64,000 bases of DNA from Eledone cirrhosa (lineage: Eukaryota), in the NCBI GenBank assembly GCA_964016885.1, contig CAXHJY010001531.1:1-64000 (forward strand). Direction: 5' to 3'. Positions 59,036-64,000 of this stretch are shown piece by piece (the first letter of the stretch is position 1; every line of letters begins with the position of its first letter). The notes under the pieces were generated by a model. That model searched no databases. It was not told where the DNA came from and saw nothing but the letters and a program-made list of their open reading frames with translations. The position numbers and the translations under genes are program-made.

Positions 59036-60060
59036 TAGTGGTAAAATAAACTTCTGGGACTCGGCTAGATTTGCCTCCCTTTCGGGATTACCAGTAAAGT
59101 AAGCTTAAAAAGCATGTTTGTTTATCTTGCCGAGACCGGCTACGTAGCCTATTTCGTAAATTTTAATATCATTACAGTGCTTTTAAAACTCTCGCGTAAT
59201 TCATTTCACACCCATGCACAAAGTACTTTTATACTCCTAACACATTAAAAACTATAAAAGCTGTAAATCTAACTTTAATTAGTTTACGATTAAAAGAATT
59301 ATTCTTTTACAAATTCTAAATCTGATGTTCAGAACATAAACAATCGAGGACGTTTGTTTTAAAGAGCATAACAAATAGAGCGGGGGGCGAAAAAATGCAC
59401 TCTTAAACGAATAAGGAAGTCATAGACACTACTTATAGTACTCATAAATTTGAAATAAAAAAAAGAAGGAAAAATAAAGACATCTTATTTTCTATATATA
59501 TGCATAATAAAATATGAACCAGCTTGTTTTGGTTTTATTGTCTTGGTTGTTTGTATGAAACCCGGATATCAACTATTGGAAAGATTCCCATTCTGAAATC
59601 TAAGTTAATAAATTCATTAATTTATTCACGCATTATTTGTATGTGCACGTTTGTTTGTGTGTATGTGCGAGTGTGGGTGTACGTGAAGGCGTTAGTCAAT
59701 CAATACACTTGTTCATTCACCAGTGTCTTCAACCATTCGTCAGTTAATATCAAACAATCAATGAGTTCAAATATTAAGTTGGACATATCCAGCAATAGTA
59801 ATCTACCATCATCATCAGGGACAGGAAGAAACACGCCCACACAAATCTCTGCTGATAAATTTGATCATTCATAGACAACCTATGATTACGTTTCTAATAA
59901 TAACACACGTTTCTAATTCGATATTTCCTGTAAGTATATATATATATATAGTAATAATAATAAATTTGAAGACTAAAATCCAAAGAGGGCTCGATAAGGA
60001 TAAATATATATCAAATATATAAGAACCGTAGAGCAAATATTTATTAAAATAACAGATTAA

Positions 60061-60111
60061 AGTTTAAGCAAAGAATCGCTGCTTTCACCCTTAACGGGAT
60101 CTTCTGAAACT
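60061..60111 (-). ncRNA. Variant hammerhead (inverted copy, E13)
   Basis: Reverse complement of 62467-62517. Confidence 0.68.
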
Positions 60112-60259
60112 AACAAAGTCAATCTGTAAACGCAGAACTGGATATTTCAAAAAACGTTGCAACCGGAGGAAGACAGGAAGACGATACTTTGGTTCGTGGA
60201 AACGTTCGCTGGCTAAGAACGAGAAAAAACGAATATAATACGTCATTAAAACACTCACA

Positions 60260-61561
60260 GTGGTTAAGGATTTCGAAGTTGATGTCATCCTCAATGCCCG
60301 TAAGTCGGTGATTAATTTCGACGACTCTATTTGGATTAAAAAATCCAATAGTACCCCATTCGACGTGAGTATGGGCGCCAGTGATTCTGCGGAGGTTACT
60401 GATCTTATCGGCCTTTTCCTTCTTTTCTCTATCAAGGACGAATTCCCCAACGCGGGTGGTGGTTTGTACCGTGACGATGGTCTTTTGACCATGGCTAAGT
60501 ACGGATCTCGTGCTTGCGACAGGTTCAGAAAAGAACTCACAGCCTTCTTTAAAGGCTTCAACCTCTCTATACAGGTTGAGGCCAATCTCTCGGTCGTTAA
60601 TTACCTCGACGTTACCCTCAACTTATTGAATGGGTTGTATTACCCGTATAGAAAGCCGAATGATACGCTTAATTACATAAGTAAGCATTCCAACCATCCT
60701 GCCAGCATAACCAAGAACCTAGTAAGAAACGTTTCGTTGAGGCTTTCCCGTCTTTCCACCAACGAGCGTATTTTCAACGACCATTCCACTTATTACAATG
60801 AAGCTCTTGCTCGAAGTGGATTTGTCGATAAGGTAGCATATACAGAGTACGAAAATAGACCTAGAAGAAATAGATCCCGTCGCATTTGTTGGTATAACCC
60901 ACCATATAATATGGAGGTGGCCACACCATTAGCTAAGATCTTTCTTTCCCTTATTACGAAGCATTTTCTACCTACACATAAATATAGTAAAGTTTTTAAT
61001 AGAAATACTATTAAAATTTCTTACTCTACGACTCCTAACCTTGCACATAACATCACAGCTTCAAATTTAGCTAAACTACCTAGCCGTAGGAACACGTGCA
61101 ACCCTGTAGTTAGTACTAACTGTAATTGTAGGAATCGGGTTGATTGCCCCCTATCCTGGAAATGCCTCTCTAGTAACATTGTCTACAAATGTAAGGTTGT
61201 AACACCCACGTCCCGTAGGGCCTACATAGGGTTAACCGCCAATAGATTCAAGCAACGTCTTTACATGCATACCCATTCTTTTCGTTATCCTCTAGGAAGG
61301 AATATGACGTCACTTTCAGTTTATATCTGGAGTCTAAAAGACAACCACACCCAATATAAGTTACACTGGGAGATCCTAGCTAGGGCTAGATCGTATAACG
61401 GAAATAAAAGACCATGTGACCTCTGCGCCGCTGAGGCCCTGGAAATACTCTACGCTACAGACCACTTCTTAAACAAAAAATCTGAGGCAATTTCGGCTTG
61501 TAAACATAAATTGCACAAAACTTTCCTGTATTACAGCCCCACGTTATACCCTAACGGATAG
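60260..61561 (+). CDS. 5'-truncated PLE reverse transcriptase plus GIY-YIG endonuclease (Naiad-like)
   Basis: FDVSMGASDSAEV, GLYRDDGL, YLDVTLNL, SNHP, WYNPPY, CNCR..CPL..C..IVY..YIGLT..FKQR..H, CDLC..E, LNKKSE..CKH. Confidence 0.92.
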   Translation: MVKDFEVDVILNARKSVINFDDSIWIKKSNSTPFDVSMGASDSAEVTDLIGLFLLFSIKDEFPNAGGGLYRDDGLLTMAKYGSRACDRFRKELTAFFKGFNLSIQVEANLSVVNYLDVTLNLLNGLYYPYRKPNDTLNYISKHSNHPASITKNLVRNVSLRLSRLSTNERIFNDHSTYYNEALARSGFVDKVAYTEYENRPRRNRSRRICWYNPPYNMEVATPLAKIFLSLITKHFLPTHKYSKVFNRNTIKISYSTTPNLAHNITASNLAKLPSRRNTCNPVVSTNCNCRNRVDCPLSWKCLSSNIVYKCKVVTPTSRRAYIGLTANRFKQRLYMHTHSFRYPLGRNMTSLSVYIWSLKDNHTQYKLHWEILARARSYNGNKRPCDLCAAEALEILYATDHFLNKKSEAISACKHKLHKTFLYYSPTLYPNG

Positions 61562-62466
61562 TACGATCTATACGTGGATATTTTACGTCTCGATGTGGGA
61601 GCTAAGTATATGTTTTGTTTATACCTTTACTTATTTGTATAGGTAAGTATATATTATCTGTATGTTTTGTGAAGGCACGTATATCTTCTCGTACGTATAT
61701 TTGATTGTTATGGCGTATAATTTTTTTATATATTCTGGTACATATGGTTCGGCTATGTGTATACGGGAGTTTTGCGTCTGTGTGAGTATGCAGGTTCGTA
61801 CGTATGTAGGGCGTGTGTATATGTGTACTTCATGTTTTGGTTGACTTACGTCTCCGAACATTCGTGTATTTACATGTAGGTATGTGTGTGCGCTTGTTAT
61901 ATACGTATTTATTTATTTATATACGTTTATATAATTATTTATTTATTTGTATACACGCTTACACACACACACATATTTATATGTGCGTGGTTTTATTTAC
62001 CTATGGTATGTTTTTGCGTATGCTTGTGTATGTACGTTTCTGTTTGCGTGTATGTATTTATTTATTTCTATTACTTCTGTATTGTATTTATTTACTTTGT
62101 TCTTAACTCCGTAGCGGAGATTCATTCGGTCTCCTAGTTAGAATTAAGTCTACCACTTCTGCTATACCATTTAGTGGTTTTGTCTTTGCGTGCTATTGTT
62201 CTCCACGCTCCACATATGACGTATTATCTTCGTTTTTTTCGTTCATCGCCAGAGAACGTCTCTATGAACCACCTAAGAGAACATTAGTCTACGACCTCTT
62301 TTATACCATAAACGTGGTTCTGTCTTTGCGCGTAATTGTTTTTCACCGCTCCTATTAATGACGTATTATATTCGTTTTTTCCCGTTCTTAGCCAGCGAAC
62401 GTTTCCACGAACCGGGTGCAACGTTTTTTGAAATATCCAGTTCTGCGTTTACAGATTGACTTTGTT

Positions 62467-62517
62467 AGTTTCAGAAGATCCCGTTAAGGGTGAAAGCAGC
62501 GATTCTTTGCTTAAACT
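62467..62517 (+). ncRNA. Type I hammerhead with CAGAAGA core (E13)
   Basis: agttt-CAGAAGA-tccc/gggt-GAAA-gca..tgc-TT-aaact. Confidence 0.7.
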
Positions 62518-62533
62518 TTAATCTGTTATTTTA

Positions 62534-62576
<43 letters not shown>

Positions 62577-62679
62577 AAAGTATGTATGTATGTAAAGAGA
62601 GATGTAAAATCGTGACAGCTGCGCCAAGAGGTTTCAGCTTGTGTCTCAGAACCGCAGACTCTATTTATATATATATCCT

Positions 62680-62835
62680 TATGTGGTTGATGACTGATAA
62701 AAAGGAGTACTCAATACGGAAGTAGAGTTTTAATATTCATTTTATTAAGGCTAAATAGGGCCATGAACCAGTGATAAACAGGTGAAACTGCAGAGTAACA
62801 AGATTCACTATTTATCCTTAATAAAAATGAATGTA
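62680..62835. mobile_element. Small diverged PLE-derived inverted repeat E14
   Basis: Arms ~62735-62762 / 62804-62832; tail stem-loop at 62709-62728 on the minus strand; GAAAC..GTA half-ribozyme. Confidence 0.55.
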
Positions 62836-63156
62836 TATAGAAACAACATTTTTTTAAGAGAGGCAGATGTTTCTGTGTGTGGTTGAGGAGTGCCAATGGA
62901 AGAATTGCTGTTAGGCTCTTGCCAACAGGGCCGGAGTTATTTTGCTAAGTGCTACATCTCACTACTTGCTTGAACAGGTCAAAGTGATGCTTCTTGTCTG
63001 CAGAACCAGAGTCGGAATGACCCAAAGAAAAACTTATTTTACTTCACGCCAAGCTGGCTGGTCTCTCCAGGCAACTGATGTCAACCGAGATTAAAAAAAG
63101 ACCAGCCAGATGTCATTCGAGGTGGTGGGGAGGCAGTATGTGCAAAGAGATTGTGC

Positions 63157-63420
<264 letters not shown>

Positions 63421-63497
63421 TGTATAGAGAATTAAGCTTCGAACATAGCTCTATACAAATATGTATTTGAATTTCGTATTTCTGAAGAAATATGGTA

Positions 63498-63530
63498 TAC
63501 TAGCAGTTTAGCCCGGCGTTGCTCAGGTTT
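63498..63530 (+). mobile_element. Helitron/Helentron-like terminus (tentative)
   Basis: TACTAGCAGTTTAGCCCGGCGTTGCTCAGG resembles Helentron-associated element ends. Confidence 0.35.
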
Positions 63531-64000
63531 GTTCATTTGCTATGAAAAGTTACACACAGGTAAACGTGGCTTGAAAGCGAATAAGCTTATCAATTAAGTG
63601 CATAAAGCAGTTGAACCGGTTATTAAAAGTTACGAACCAATTAGCATTTTGGACAATCAATGATGGGTTTATAATCTTCCAATAGCAAATTTAGCAGACC
63701 AAAGTTGCAAGATGGTGGCCCTGATGCCGCTGGGTGTCAGCTCTGTCCGCCATGGGTGACCCTACCAGGAAATAGTTTTCCAGACGGCATAGCTCCAATG
63801 CCTGCACCAACATCTACAGCACCTCTTTGTAGACGATATTGCGTGTCATCTCTTGAGGAGTGTAAGCAAAAGTCCATTCCTGCTCCCTACGCGGGAACAG
63901 GCAACATAAAGTTGGCCATGGGAGAGGCATGGCTCCCCCAAATGGATGCCCGCCACCGACAATGTTTGCCCTTGTGACTTGTTAATGGACATGGCAAAAC

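Larger units (their letters stand above)
59951..62541 (+). mobile_element. Naiad-like PLE E13: long plus arm (RT-EN ORF, 3' UTR, hammerhead) with inverted short arm 60037-60249 and tail 59951-60036
   Basis: Inverted repeat 60037-60249 / 62354-62541; RT-EN ORF; tail stem-loop at 59989-60034 on the minus strand. Confidence 0.92.

Noticed and set aside
59761-59934. Possible exon ending at CCT|GTAAGT (59929)
   Set aside because: No recognisable peptide or clear acceptor; a donor-like hexamer alone is insufficient.
60260-61561. Selenocysteine recoding/SECIS, known in some Naiad PLEs
   Set aside because: All visible conserved positions here and in 14644-15038 are Cys, with no in-frame TGA. No convincing SECIS was seen in the 3' UTR. 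The missing N-terminal part cannot be judged.

Overview
Animal genomic DNA, AT-rich and almost entirely repeat-derived. The repeat repertoire looks octopod-cephalopod-like; this is an inference, not a database result. No complete host gene is recognisable, and the only candidate is a promoter/first exon at about 26.8-27.2 kb. Long degenerate (TA)n arrays act as landing pads for nested retroelements: two RTE-clade LINE families (one with a PHD-like finger and a (GAT)n tail), a CR1/L2-type LINE, tRNA-derived SINEs, a mariner pseudogene, several MITEs, and about 15 insertions from sequence-unrelated Penelope-like element (PLE) families. Three of the PLE insertions still carry GIY-YIG endonuclease and/or RT coding sequence (two Naiad-like, one Neptune-like). 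Most are short head-to-head inverted repeats carrying type I hammerhead ribozymes, several with non-canonical catalytic cores. The main new observation concerns about 11 of these unrelated families. In each, one repeat arm stops at an AT-rich point, while the other arm continues into a tail. That tail begins, typically 2-7 nt later, with the same RNA stem-loop: RYUC-[variable stem-loop]-UH bulge-GARY. Its sequence covaries while its structure and position are conserved, which suggests a shared RT-recognition or initiation-boundary element. All coordinates were read by eye and may be off by a few nt, more for decayed repeats.
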